NCBI RefSeq assembly: GCF_006345805.1 | Contig: NC_043005.1 | Location: 17,174,001 to 17,238,000 of the forward strand | Direction of reading: 5' to 3' | Source: Octopus sinensis | Lineage: Eukaryota | Length of the DNA stretch: 64,000 nt | In this document: one piece after another, positions 39,442 to 52,269 of the stretch | How positions within the stretch are numbered: the stretch's first letter is position 1 | Layout: each line of letters begins with the position of its first letter | Program-made: the position numbers and the translations under genes | The notes under the pieces: model-generated | Seen by the model: the letters and a program-made list of their open reading frames with translations, nothing else | Told to the model about the DNA's origin: nothing | The model's database searches: none

Positions 39442-41618
39442 TATAGATATATTATACACACGCACACATGTACATACATCTATACAGATGTGTGCTCATA
39501 AACGTACACAACATGTAAACTGAGACTTGGGTGTGGCCTTCATCCTTTCCACATATCATTATCCAGCCAGAGAAATACACCATCACCATCGCAGCAGCTG
39601 CCGTCGTCGCCACCGCTAGTATTTATGCATTGCCATCCCACCATCCACCCCCACCATTCCATCCAGCACGCCACCACAACTACCATAACAGAATCACCAT
39701 ATTAGCTGGCACTCTCTCAAGTGACTTGTTTGTTATTCCCTTCAAGCACATGATTATTAGCCTTGCCCTCTTCTTCCCCTCCTCTTCCTTCTTCCACCAC
39801 CACCACTGTCGCCTTCCTCACGAACCTACTATCCTATACTTACTGTGTAAGAAGTTGAAGGAGCTAGTTACGAACTGAGTGTATTGTGGTGTAATGTAAT
39901 TTAGTGGAAGTGTAATATAAGTGTAGCGTAAGTGCAAGTGTAATATCAAGTGTAGTGAGGTGCCCCACCAAATTTCACTCAAGGGAACCAAGATGCCACA
40001 CGGTGGGATCAAACCTCAAACTACACAATTCACGCAGTTGTACCTGTGCCTCAGCCATGTAGAAAATTGATGTGTGTGGCATGGTTGGTCAGAAGTTAGA
40101 CTGTGATATATATAATGGTGATTATATTTTTTACATTGGCACAAAGGCCAGAATGTGTTGTGGAACGAAGCAGATCACTGAATCAATTCCTCATTTTTAA
40201 CCAACCCTTTTTGCCTGTCCAAAGTATTTTCATAAGTTTGTTTGAAAGTGGCTGATGCCAGTACCCCTTGACTGGCCCCCATGCTGGTGGCACGTAAAAA
40301 GCACTATCTGAACATGATCGATGCCAGGCCCACCTGACTGGCTCCTGTGCTGGTGGTATACAAAAGCACCCACTACAGTCTCGGAGTGGTTGGCGTTAAG
40401 AAGGGCATCCAGCTGTAGAAACATATATACGATGGGCTTCTTTCAGCTTCTGTCTACCAAATCCACTCACAAGGCTTTGGTCAGCCCGAGACTAGAATAG
40501 AAGACACCTGCCCAAGATACCACGATATGGGACTGAACCCAAAACCATGTGGTTGGTAAGCAAGCTTCTTAACACACAGCCACTCCTTGCTTTCTAACAT
40601 AGGCACAAGGCTAAGAAACAATGTGGCAGGAGAGGGAGTTAGTTGATTATATCAACCCACAAGAAACTGAAACCGTAAAAAAAAAACTGGCATGTTTTAA
40701 GTATGAGTGAATCTATGAAAATTATGTAAAATGTTGTTTCTTAACTTTTGAAAAAAAAATCCACCCAGAGTAGAAGGCCCTTGGTAGGATTATAATTTAT
40801 CAAGCTGGAACACAGTATATTACAGGTACTTAAATTGATACATGAATGGTTTTGTGGTTGGTCAATTACTGACCAACTCTCATTTATCAGACTTGTGATC
40901 CAAACCATTCCAGCCATGCCCAAGTAGTGTGTCTCCAGGATCATTGCATTGTCCAATATATTGTTCTTCTTTGAAGGCCACAGTGTATGATTTGAGAGCA
41001 ATTTGGCTGTTATATATTGCAGGTCGACAGAACACACAAGGGCTCTTTCACGTAATTAAGTTAGATATTAAACCAATTTTGCCAAACAATAATAATTCCT
41101 AACATAGGCACAAAAGATAGAAATTCAAGGAAATGGTCCAATTGGTTATATTAACCCGTCATTGGATGGAGCTTTATTTTATTGGCTCCAGGAGGAGGAA
41201 CGGTAAGGTTGTCACATTTGAATTCACATTTGTAAAGAGGTGCAACAAACACTACAAGACCTTTTCTCTGAGACTTTATTTAATGAGACTTTGAGATTAA
41301 CGAACCAGAACAGATAGTGCAAAGCAATTTTTTCTAACGCTCTAATGATTTTGTCAATCCAACACTAATATTGGAGGAGAGTACAATTAATTAAATCAAC
41401 CACCTGTATTTGATTGGTTCTTTATTTTATCAATCCTAAATAGGCGCAGGAGTGGCGCTGTGTGGTAAGTAGCTTGCTTACCAACCACATGGTTCTGGGT
41501 TCAGTTCCACTGCGTGTCACCTTGGACAAGTGTCTTCTGCTATAGCCTCGGAGCCGACCAAAGCCTTTGAGAGTGGATTTGGTAGACAGAATCTGAAAAA
41601 ACCCGTTGTATATATGTG

Positions 41619-41666
<48 letters not shown>

Positions 41667-44651
41667 CTGACCTTGGCAGAATTTGAACTCAGAACATAGC
41701 AACGAGTAAAATGCTGCTAAGCATTTTGTCCAGCGTGCTAATGATTCTGCCAGCCCACCGCCTCAACAACAACAGTTCTGATGCAATACTTGGCAGTGGT
41801 TACAGCAAATATTCTGCTCAATATTGCAGATTTGCTTGTTACTAGCTTGGTGGTAACCACTTGAGCATGTTTCTTAGTGGTTGACGATATGTGCATCTCT
41901 GATCATGCGCAACAGTATTTGGAAACATGGGTGTTCTATCCATCATCCTAAATCCTTTAGCATTTAAACTAACCCATAATTCAGCCCAAATACTCTTCCT
42001 GTTATATATTCGGACTAGCCAGATCTAGCCTTTCACACCTCCCCTACAATGTCAGTCTAAAAAAATAAACAACCACAACATCAAACTCCCAAAGCTATGA
42101 GATAATGCATGATGAATTTAAAACAATGTGAATAAATAAGCATTACATTTGGCTGGGTAAAATGAATGCTAAATGGTTAAATAATCCTTATTCAGTAACC
42201 TTTTGAGTGGGATGGGCTACTCAATCTGAAGAAAATTCTAACTGGGCCCCACCTGCAAGGCCATGTGTTGGTTATCTTGATATGAGGTCACCATGTTGTT
42301 CATATATGGTTGAGGTGCCTGGTGTACCCTTATTAACTGAGTAGTCATGATGAGTATATAGGGCTTCACATATTTGCACCCCAGTGTCACTCTGATGGCA
42401 TGCATTGCACTCTCACTTATTAATAATAATAATAATAATCCTTTCTACTATAGGCACAAGGCCTGAAATTTTTGGGGAGAGGGCTAGTCAATTAGATTGA
42501 CCCCAGTATGCAACTGGTACTTAATCTATTGACTCTGAAAGGATAAAAGGCAAAGTTGACCGTTGCGGAATTTGAACTCAGAACATAAAGGTGGACAAAA
42601 CGTCACAAAGCATTTTGCTCACCATGCTAACAATTATGTCAGCCCGACGCCTAATAATAATAATAATAATAATAATATGGTAGATGTGATGTTGAAAGTG
42701 GTGGTGGTGGCTAGGGTGTCAGTGGTGATGGTGTTGTACAGATGTAGTATAAGCAATGTGAATGGAGATTTCATTCACGAAATCATGCAAAACATAAAAA
42801 TGATAACAGGTTGTTCTAATATTACTGCCAGTCCACAGGCCTTAATAAATTATCACATTGGCACAATGCTTGATATTTATAAAGGCAGAAATACTGGGGT
42901 TAATTCAATTAGTAAAGTACCCCTTCAATGCTTCACTGCCCTCTAATGAGAGATAAGGCTGACTTATCTGAGGAATCTGTGCAAACAATGTAAAATAATA
43001 AAACTAAATGATGTAGGGGCTTTACTTTCTCCTGTTATATTTAGTTTCAAATTTTGGCACAGCTTTGAGAGATGGAGTAAGTTGAGTGGTGAAGGCACAT
43101 GGCCTAGTGGTTAGGGTGTTGCATTCATGATCACTTGATTGTGGGTTCAATTCCTGGACTGAGCAGCACCTTGTGCTCTTGAGCAAAACACTTCATTTCA
43201 TGTCACTCCAGTCCAATCACCTGTAGATGGGTAACTCTACAATGGACTGGCATTCTGTTCAGGGAAAATGTTGTGGGCTCTGTCACTTATGTGCCTTAGA
43301 AACTGGGGGAACTGGCCATATAAATCTTAGGAGGTAATGTCCAGGGGTCGATGATGCTGATGAAGGAAGTCGATTATGCTGACTCCAGTGTTCAACTGTT
43401 ACTTCTTTTATCAATCTCCAACAAGATGTAAAGCAAAGTCAACCTTAGTCAGATTTGAACTCGGAACTTAAAGCTGGAAGAAATGCCAAAAAGCATTTTG
43501 TTCGGCACATGCAAACAATTCTGCCAATTCGCAGCCTTCTTTTCTGTTGTAATCATCATCATCATCCTCATTCAATGCTCGTTTTCAATTCAGTTAGTAA
43601 AGTACCCCTCAATACTTCACTGGCCTCTAAAAAGATGAGAGATAAGGCTGACTCCATAGGAATCTACTTTCTCCTGTTGACACGGCCAGAGGCTGCGCCA
43701 GATTCCAGTCTGTTGCAATATAGTAGTTAAGGGATTTTGTTTTTCAGTATATAGGCATAGGAGTGGTTGTGTGGTAAGTAGCTTGGTTTTAGGCTTAAAA
43801 AACTTTGTTTTCAATCAGAAAATATGGCAGTTCCCACAATTCTTTTTGCAGGGCCTCCAAGAATTGTGGGAGAGAGATATCTTTAAGCAGAAAAACTGTT
43901 CAAATGCCTGCAACAAAATGAACTCTGCTAAAGGCACTCAAGGTGTCAGAGGTTGGTGTTAAAATCAATTAATGTATCAGTGTATTAAGTTTAGTGTCCA
44001 ACAACCAGGGTAGGGTTTGAACTCAGAATGTAAAGAACCAGAACAAACTGCACAAGGCATTCTATTCAAGGCTCTACTGACTCTTGTCAATTAATTCTCT
44101 GCCACCAAGTCAGATTTGTGGAAATTCCACAGGAAGCCGGCGGACGATGAAATAACTTATAATGAATAGTAGAGAAAGGTATACACACAAAGAAGAGATT
44201 ACAATGATTTCACCACCACCACCACCACCACCACCACCACCAAACACATTTGTCACAAAACATAAGTCACAATGTCCGGGTTCGTGTCTCATGGTACAAG
44301 ACCAGAAAGTCTTTTTACTTTTTTTTTTTTGTTCTTTGTTTGGTGAGGTAGAAGAGAACTGGCCAATTAAATCCACCTCGGTACTTGACTTGTACTTACA
44401 TCTAACCAATAAGAGACTCTCTATGTGGTTGCTTGTTCTACCATGAACAACAGCCAATTTCTCTCAAATCATATCCTACTATCTTACATTAAAAAAACCT
44501 GCACATTCCAAGGCAATCTGATCCCGAGTTCACTGCACATAAAGCTGGAATGGTCACAGTTGGAATGTATTTGATCATAGCCCTGCTCAACCAGATCTGA
44601 TCTGAGGCAAAAGAACAGCAACATTTTAAAAATTATATTTAGTCATCCCTC

Positions 44652-45060
44652 AAGCTGCGAGCTGGCAGAAACATTAGCACGCATAATGGTATTTCGTCTG
44701 TCTTTACGTTCTGAGTTCAAATTCCGCTGAGGTCAACTTTACCTTTCATCCTTTCAGGGTCGATAAATTAAGTACCAGTTATGCACTGGGGTCGATGTAA
44801 TCGACTTAATCCCTTTGTCTGTCCTTGTTTGTCCCATCTATGTTTAGCCCCTGGTGGGCAATAAAGAAATAAGAAACGTTAGCATGCTGGGCAAAATGCT
44901 TAACGGTATTTCATGTCTTTACATTCTGAGTTCAAATTCCGCCGAGGTCAACTTTGCCTTTCCTCCTTTCAGGGTTGATAAATTAAGTACCAGTTGCATA
45001 CTGGGGTTGATCTAATCGACTGGCCCTCTCCACCAAAATTTTGGACCTTTAGCCTAAAAG
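44652..45060 (+). mobile_element. Two head-to-tail copies of a tRNA-derived SINE (family C)
   Basis: Each has TTCTGAGTTCAAATTCCGC (B box region) and CTTTCATCCTTTCAGGGTCGATAAATTAAGTACCAG. Homologous to 54951-55177. Confidence 0.8.
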
Positions 45061-45318
45061 AAAAGTATATTTAGTCATACCCACGTAAATTCTATCAGGC
45101 ATAAGACCAATCTTAGGTCGAACAAGTCAATTCTAATATTGGTACAAAAGTACAAATTTGAGGACTTTTTTTTTTTTATTAAATTAACCCTTCATGAACC
45201 TAATTCCACCCATCTTAGACTAACTTGATTCTATGACACAAACGTTCTATTGAAAGTAATATAGTAAAACCTGCCATCAAAGTTTCATGCTAATTTTTGC
45301 TTTCGAGAACTAGCTTAA

Positions 45319-45540
45319 CCCTTTTGATACCAACCCGGCCAAAACTGCCTCTGGCTCTGTAGTACAAATGTCTTACTTTCATAAGTATTGAATTAAAATC
45401 TTCCACCAAACCTTAGTCACAATTTATGTTCCCAACACTAGCTTAATGATAACTAAGTTCTTTCACTAAATTCTTTGTTATATTTAAAATTAATTGAATG
45501 AAACACAGAGCATCTCAAAATAAATACGGTAACGAAAGGG
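45319..45540. mobile_element. Intact 222-bp piggyBac-like MITE
   Basis: TTAA|CCCTTTTGATACC ... GGTAACGAAAGGG|TTAA, with TTAA duplication and CCC/GGG ends. Confidence 0.85.
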
Positions 45541-45808
45541 TTAATAACTCTTTCTACTATAGGCACAAGGCCTGAAATTTGGGGTGGGGTGGGTGTGTGT
45601 GTGGGTGGAAGGCTAGTTGATTACATTGATCCCAGTATGTTTGACTGGTACTTATTTAATCAATATCGAAAGGATGAAAATCAGAATTGGAATTAGAAGA
45701 ATTTGAACTCTGAGAGTAAAGGTGGATAAAATGCTGTTAAGCTAATAATTTCTGTCAGCTCACTGCCTTAAGAACTAGCTTAACCCTTCAGCAAATTTTA
45801 AAAGTTAT

Positions 45809-46218
45809 GCGCAGGAGTGGCTGTGTGGTAAGTAGTTTGCTTACCAACCACATGGTTCGGGTTCAGTCCCACTACGTGGAACTTTGGGCAAGTGTCTTCT
45901 ACTATAGCCTTGGGCCGACCAAAGCCTTGTGAGTGGATTTGGTAGACGGAAACTGAAAGAAGCTTGTCGTGTATATGTATATATATATATATGTGTGTGT
46001 GCGTGTGTGTGTGTGTGTGTGTTTGTATTCCCAACATCACTTGACAACCAATGTTGGTGTGTTCATGTCCCCGTAACTTAGCAGTTCGGCAAAAGAGAAC
46101 CGATAGAATAAGTACTAGGCTTACAAAGAATAAATCCTGGGGTCAATTTGCTCGACTAAAGGCGGTGCTCCAGCATGGCCACAGTCAAATGACTGAAACA
46201 AGTAAAAGAGTAAAAGAG
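45809..46218 (+). mobile_element. Family A SINE, full length
   Basis: Runs from the GCGCAGGAGTGG head to the (TAAAAGAG)2 tail. Confidence 0.9.
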
Positions 46219-46907
46219 AGTAACTTTTACATTTTTTTTTATTTAAATGATTTTACACCTCATGACTTTTATTGCCAATAGTTTATCTATGCACAAACAA
46301 ATTTTGAGTTAAAGATTCCTTGTCATGTGGATGTTATAGCTTAAAATATGGTCATTAGGGGCCAACTGGACCCTATTGACCTTCTGTGAAATTATTTTCT
46401 GTTCTTTTTTCCAATTTTCTTTGTATTTGTAGTAGTACAAATCAATATACATTTTTTCTTTTATTCTTTTTGTTTTATTTTATAATTAGTGCTACATGTA
46501 CAGCTTATAAAACAATAAAAAAAATAAGTGCTAAAATTCTTGTTCTATATCAAGCGCTCACACGTATATATTCAAGATTAAACAAATATTACTTTATGGA
46601 TAGTGTGGAAATGCACAAAAATAAAAGGGGACCCCAATGGCCTTTTGTGTAATTCCAACCCCGCTGGCCCACGAAGGGGTAATAATGTTAAAATTATTTT
46701 CCTAAATTCCTCATTATTTTCAAAACTTATTGAAGCAAAGACAACAGATTTCAGCAGGAATATGGTAACAAGACTGATTAAATAGATCCCTACAATTAAT
46801 TAATTTGGTACTTGTTTTATAAGGGTACCTATAATACCTAGTAAAGGTGGGTGGGTGTTGATACAAAATGGACCATGGCAGAGATGGAATTCAGGGTGGA
46901 AGAGAAT

Positions 46908-47109
46908 CTCTTTTATCTCTTTTACTTGTTTCAGTCATTTGACTGCGGCCATGCTGGAGCACCACCTTTAGTCGAGCAAATCGACCCCGGGACTTATTCT
47001 TTGTAAGCCCAGTACTTATTGTATCGGTCTCTTTTGCCGAACCGCTAAGTGATGGGGACATAAACACACCAGTATTGGTTGTCAAGCAATGCTAGGGGAA
47101 CAAACACAG

Positions 47110-47148
<39 letters not shown>

Positions 47149-47274
47149 TATACGACAGGCTTCTTTCAGTTTCCGTCTACCAAATCCACACACAAGGCAT
47201 TGGTCGGCCCGGGGCTATAGCAGAAGACACTTGCCCAAGATGCCACGCAGTGGGACTGAACCCGGGACCATGTG
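46908..47274 (-). mobile_element. Family A SINE, head truncated
   Basis: Tail, core and (TA)n are present in reverse orientation. Confidence 0.88.
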
Positions 47275-47347
47275 TGTAATGTAACTGAAAGCCCACAAGG
47301 AATACAAGCTTCTAAACTGGAGGGGGCAGGACAGGAGACATAATGTT

Positions 47348-47383
<36 letters not shown>

Positions 47384-48214
47384 TATGTTCAACTACTACT
47401 ACTACTACTACTACTGTACATATGGTTGCAATCAGTTGGTCAGGACTTGAATGCTCAGCAAACCTACACACATACATGCAGGTGCACAGCTAAAGTTGCA
47501 AGCAGAATGGGAGTAGGAGGTGTGTGGAGAGAAGGAAGAAGAGTTGGAGTAGGAGTAAACAATGTAGGAAGGAGAGAGAGTGAGAGAGAGAGAGAGAGAG
47601 AGGTGGGGGAGAGGGGTAAAAAGAATCGTCTCCAGCTTTTACACGGATACAGGCACAGTAGCGGTGACGCTACAGTTGTTATTGTCCCAGAGGAATATTA
47701 AAAAGAGGAAAAAAAAAAAAAAGAAACTACCAACAAATGTGCAGCTGCAATGTCAAGCATTTTAAAAAAATCTTTATATAAGTTTTTAGTTGTTAACAAC
47801 AACAACAACAACAATAACAATAACAACACAAAAACAGATATCAAATAAATGAGAAAAAAAAACAGAACTGAAAATACGAATTATAAAAACATGAAAAATT
47901 GTACTTTGACAGGTGAAAATATAAAAAGGACAAAAAGAACATACAGTTAATAAATAACAAATATGAAAAGGTAAATATTTTCTGGAAAATTTTCATTGAA
48001 TTACAAAGAAAGAAATACACAAAAAAAGACATTGTATGGCATTTTGTGTGTTTCATTCTTTTGGTAGGCACCCTACATATTTGAATATAAAATGACTCAA
48101 CTTTTATCATGTAATTTCATAATAATTTGTGTGTTCGAGTTTATGAGCAAGAGAAGAAGTACTCAATACCAAAGTAGAGTATAATTATATTGTTGTGGTG
48201 GTCAATGCCAGTGT

Positions 48215-48505
48215 ACTGAGACTGGTGTAGCTGGCACCCACGCCATCAGCTTCGTCTGGCCTCCGTGCCAGTGGCACATAACAAACACCATCCGATCGTG
48301 GCCGTTTGCCAGCCTCGTCTGGCACCTGTGCCGGTGGCACGTAAAAAGCACCCACTACACTCACGGAGTGGTTGGCGTTAGGAAGGGCATCCAGCTGTAG
48401 AAACACTGCCAGATCAGACTGGGCCTGGTGCAGCCTCCTGGCTTCCCAGACCCCAGTTAAACCGTCCAACCCATGCTAGCATGGAAAGCGGATGTTAAAC
48501 GATGA
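48215..48505 (+). mobile_element. Probable RTE-type LINE 3' UTR/tail
   Basis: GCC(A/G)GTGGCAC(G/A)TAA..AGCACC sub-repeats are followed by GGCGTTAGGAAGGGCATCCAGC...CATGGAAAGCGGATGTTAAACGATGA. Related pieces occur at about 1290, 5530, 25290, 40250 and 52081. The class assignment is from memory. Confidence 0.6.
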
Positions 48506-49628
48506 ACGAGTTTCACAGAGGCCGTGATTGGTGGCCAAGACCTTTGGCCTTATACCATGCTTGAGAAAACCTGCCAAGTGTGGTTGATGCTGGTGTCACG
48601 TAAAAAGCACCCGTCAAACATTGGGCCTCGCAGAGGTAGTGACAGGTGACCGAGACCTTTGCTGTGCTTGAGAAGATCTGCCAAGCCAAGTGAAATCATA
48701 GTCATAGCTGACACTGGTGTCATGTATCTGGCATTGGTGCCGGTGGTATGTAGAGAGCACCCTTTGAATATTGTCACATGTTTAGTCAAACAAATTGACC
48801 CCTCCCCACCACCACCAATACTGATTTCTTTCAAGTCTGGTATTTATACTATTGATCACTTCGTTACAAGGATGTCAACAAACTAACACTGGTTGGCAAG
48901 CGATGTTGGGGGACAAACACAAATGTGTGTGTGTGTTTTGTGTGTGTCTGCATGTGCATCTGTGTGTATATATCTATCCATAAGCACACACATTATATCT
49001 ACACAATGGGCTTCTTTCGGTTTGTCAACCGAATCCATTCACAAGACATTGGACAGCTAGGGACTACAGTGGAAGATGGATGGATGGATGTATGTATGTA
49101 CATACGTGTCTGTCCTCCCCACCCAATATTGCTTGACAACCGGTACTGGTACCTTTACATCCCCATAACTTAGCAGTTCAGCAAAAGAGACTGATAGACT
49201 AAGTACCAGGTTTACAAAGAATAAGTCCTGGGGTTGATTTGCTCAATTAAAGGCGGTGCTCCAGCATGGCCGCAGTCAAAATGACTGAAACAAGTTAAGG
49301 AATAAAAGAATATATATATATATAATAATAATACATGTAATTCCTAATGAATGAGCTGAGTGCCCTTTCTTTCATTTGTCCACTGTCTGTCTGTCTCTCT
49401 CTCTCTCTCTCTTATATATATATAAACACCTACACACGCATATTCATTTAAATATAAAATATGTCAATTTTTGGTGACACCACCTAATTTTCTTAATGAG
49501 GAATGTGTGTGTGTGTGTGTCATAATTATCGTTGTTTTAAAGTTATGTTTTTCCCATTACTTTAAGTTTCGAACTGTTGAGGCATTCAGCAGATGGTATG
49601 TCAATAAAAATTTTTTAGAAACACATAC

Positions 49629-49713
49629 ATTTCTTAAATTCTTCACTGATATACCATCCGATGAATGTCTGTGTGGTACGACGACTGGAGAGGAAGCTGG
49701 GGGAAGGATTCAA
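49629..49713 (-). CDS. Candidate next exon of the NIDO-domain gene (LNPSPSFLSSRRTTQTFIGWYISEEFKK)
   Basis: ACTAAT branch-like motif, TTCAAG| acceptor and |GTATGT donor. It is open in phase 0, matching the upstream exon, and lies about 350 bp downstream of it. Confidence 0.4.
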
Positions 49714-50065
49714 CTTGAACAGTAATATATTAGTTTTTAAACACAACACTCATTTATTCACTAATACTCTACAGGGCGTATTGAGCACTCTTAACTTTGT
49801 TCATATTACTACTTACAAATATTTATGCACGTGTGTGTATATATATATATATATATGCACACATTTGTATGACGATATCATGTGAAACTTAAATTGTTTA
49901 AATCTTTTTAATTTTATTTCAGAAGAGAAAATTTTTGAAATAAAATAAAAACAAACTAAACTGTGCATCATTTTTAAGCATAGAGGGTTAGTACACTTGA
50001 TTCATCTTTCCGTTTATCCACACCTGAATAGAACCAAAAATCACCACTGGGTTAACGTAACATAC

Positions 50066-50188
50066 CTGCACTTCTCTTGAGCCACTCGACGTCTGGTTCT
50101 TGCGTGACACCCACTGAATTTTGTTGTAGTTGAAAATAGCAAATGATTGTTCCCAGTCGGTAATGAGAACAGCTTGGAATGTATTTCT
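50066..50188 (-). CDS. Internal exon of an extracellular NIDO-domain (nidogen G1/tectorin/MUC4/SNED1-type) protein
   Basis: TACTTTCAG| acceptor and CAG|GTATGT donor, 123 nt, phase 0-0. Translation [41 protein letters not shown] matches the NIDO signature NTFQ.VL.TDG..SF..FNY..I.W. Confidence 0.85.
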
Positions 50189-50787
50189 CTGAAAGTACAC
50201 AGTAGTCATTTTGTTTTTAAGAAAGAAAATCACAAGGAATTACTTTGACAGTCATTGGAAAGAGTGTACAACATTCAAAAGAAAATACGCAAATCAGACA
50301 AAATTACAAAGGATTGTTGAAATTTTGGTCCCAAAAGAAGTTCGTTTTCAAAGTCCCACCCAACTTTCTTTCATTTCTTTTTTGTTTTGGTATGAAATTT
50401 CAAATTTGTAAAACAGATTATTTTGATGGCTTGTGCAGCTTTTAACTCTTTGTATTCACGATAACTTACTGATAATTTGATTCTAAATAAAGCAGAAGCA
50501 TTAAACAGGCTGAATCTGGCCAAAATATTCTATCTGCTTCATGTCCCAACTGGCCAGATCTGGTCCCTCACAACTACCCAACAATGCCATTGTAAAAATT
50601 AGCTATTACATCATTGAAATCTTGAAGCCACAAGATAATGTATGGTCAATTCAAAACAATGCGAATATATAAGCACTAAATTTAACAGAATAATCTGAAT
50701 GGTAGAGAGTTAAGAGATACAAAAATGACATGGATGGCTGAGATGTGCTGTCGTTAATAAGATTAATTTTTGTATGTATACATACAT

Positions 50788-50834
<47 letters not shown>

Positions 50835-50842
<8 letters not shown>

Positions 50843-51072
50843 GTATCCTTTTAAAGCCTAGCCAGGCTCATGAGCCCGGTTTCAACGGCGTATGTGTTTC
50901 CCAGCTGGACAAGATGCCAGTCCATCGCAGCGTTACTCATTTTTGCCAGCTGAGTGGACTGGAGCAACGGGAAATGAAGTGTTTTGATCAAGAACGCGTC
51001 GCCCGGTCCATGAATCAAAACCACAATCTTACAATCATGATGCTGACACCCTAACTACTAAGCCACGTGCCT
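50835..51072 (-). mobile_element. tRNA-derived SINE (family D-related)
   Basis: The reverse complement has a GGAGGCACGTGGCTTAGTAGTTAGGG head and a TTCTTGATCAAAACACTTCATTTCCCGTTGCTCCAGTCCACTCAGCTG core. Confidence 0.7.
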
Positions 51073-51137
51073 CCACACACACACACACATATATATATAT
51101 ACATACATATATAGATATATATATAAGTATATATATA

Positions 51138-51260
51138 CAGGGTGATTCAAAAGTTGCCATACATAAGAAAAAATTTTTTTAAAGAAAAATTTTTTTTATT
51201 CAACTGTTTCTTATAAAAAAAATTAATTTTCCTATGTATGGTGACTTTTGGATCACCCTG
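51138..51260. mobile_element. 123-bp Tc1/mariner-type MITE
   Basis: TA|CAGGGTGATTCAAAAGTTGCCATACATA ... TATGTATGGTGACTTTTGGATCACCCTG|TA: 28-bp TIRs with 3 mismatches and a TA TSD. Confidence 0.85.
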
Positions 51261-52236
51261 TATATATTCATCAATTTGTGCTGCAAAATAAAACTCTATA
51301 AAGGGCATGGATACATACAACATACCAGGTGAACTCATACACACACACACACAAACGCATGCACAAGAGATTTCATGGACGGCCACAACAATGTCAAGAA
51401 CACGATTAACAATGACAGCCGCAGTGGTGGTGACAATAGTGGCAATAACAGCAACACCAACTCCCACAATGGCAAAACCATGGGCGGACACACATACACA
51501 GAGGGATACTGGAGCTGTACTGTAATTCTGGGTCTTAGGACAGCAGCAGCACAATGGGGTGAGAGGATGGAGCTGAAGGGAACGCCACACTGCTGCTTAA
51601 AGCCATGACGTACACTCAAGCATACACACACACAAAGAGCATGTGCACACAAGGATACACATCTTAGAAGGCCAGAACGGAGTAAGTGGAGAGCAAGAAC
51701 ACACATGAAAACCAAAAGTGCCGCTGAAGAAAAATCTGATGAGAATAAACTGATTGAAACATAGCTGACAATGTATTTGAAACAACGTAACTATTGAAAA
51801 CTTTTTCAAGATAAACTTTTCAAGATAAGTTTGGAAAACTATAATCTTCTTAAGAATATTATTTAAAATCCTATGTAAAAACAGGTGTGTCTCGGTAGGG
51901 ACCTGACCAAAATGCCACACGGTGGGACTGATCCTGAAACCGTGCAGTCCTAAGCATGCAGCCACACCTGCACTTTTATGGAGACTTGATTTTACTGCAT
52001 GCCAACTAGGGCAAGTATCTTCTGTTATAATCCTTGGGCTGACCAAAGATTTGAGAGTTGATTTGGAAGGTGGAAATATATCATCATCATCATCGTTTAA
52101 CGTGCGCTTTCCATGCTAGAATGGGTTGGACGATTTTGACTGAGGGCTGGCGAACCAGATGGCTGCACCAGGCTCCAATCTTGATCTGGCAGAGTTTCTA
52201 CAGCTGGATGCCCTTCCTAACGCCAACCATTCCAAG

Positions 52237-52269
<33 letters not shown>

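Noticed and set aside
51335-51590. Hydrophobic or Asn/Thr-rich ORFs on both strands
   Set aside because: This is degenerate trinucleotide (ACA/GCA/GTG) low-complexity sequence with no splice-site support.
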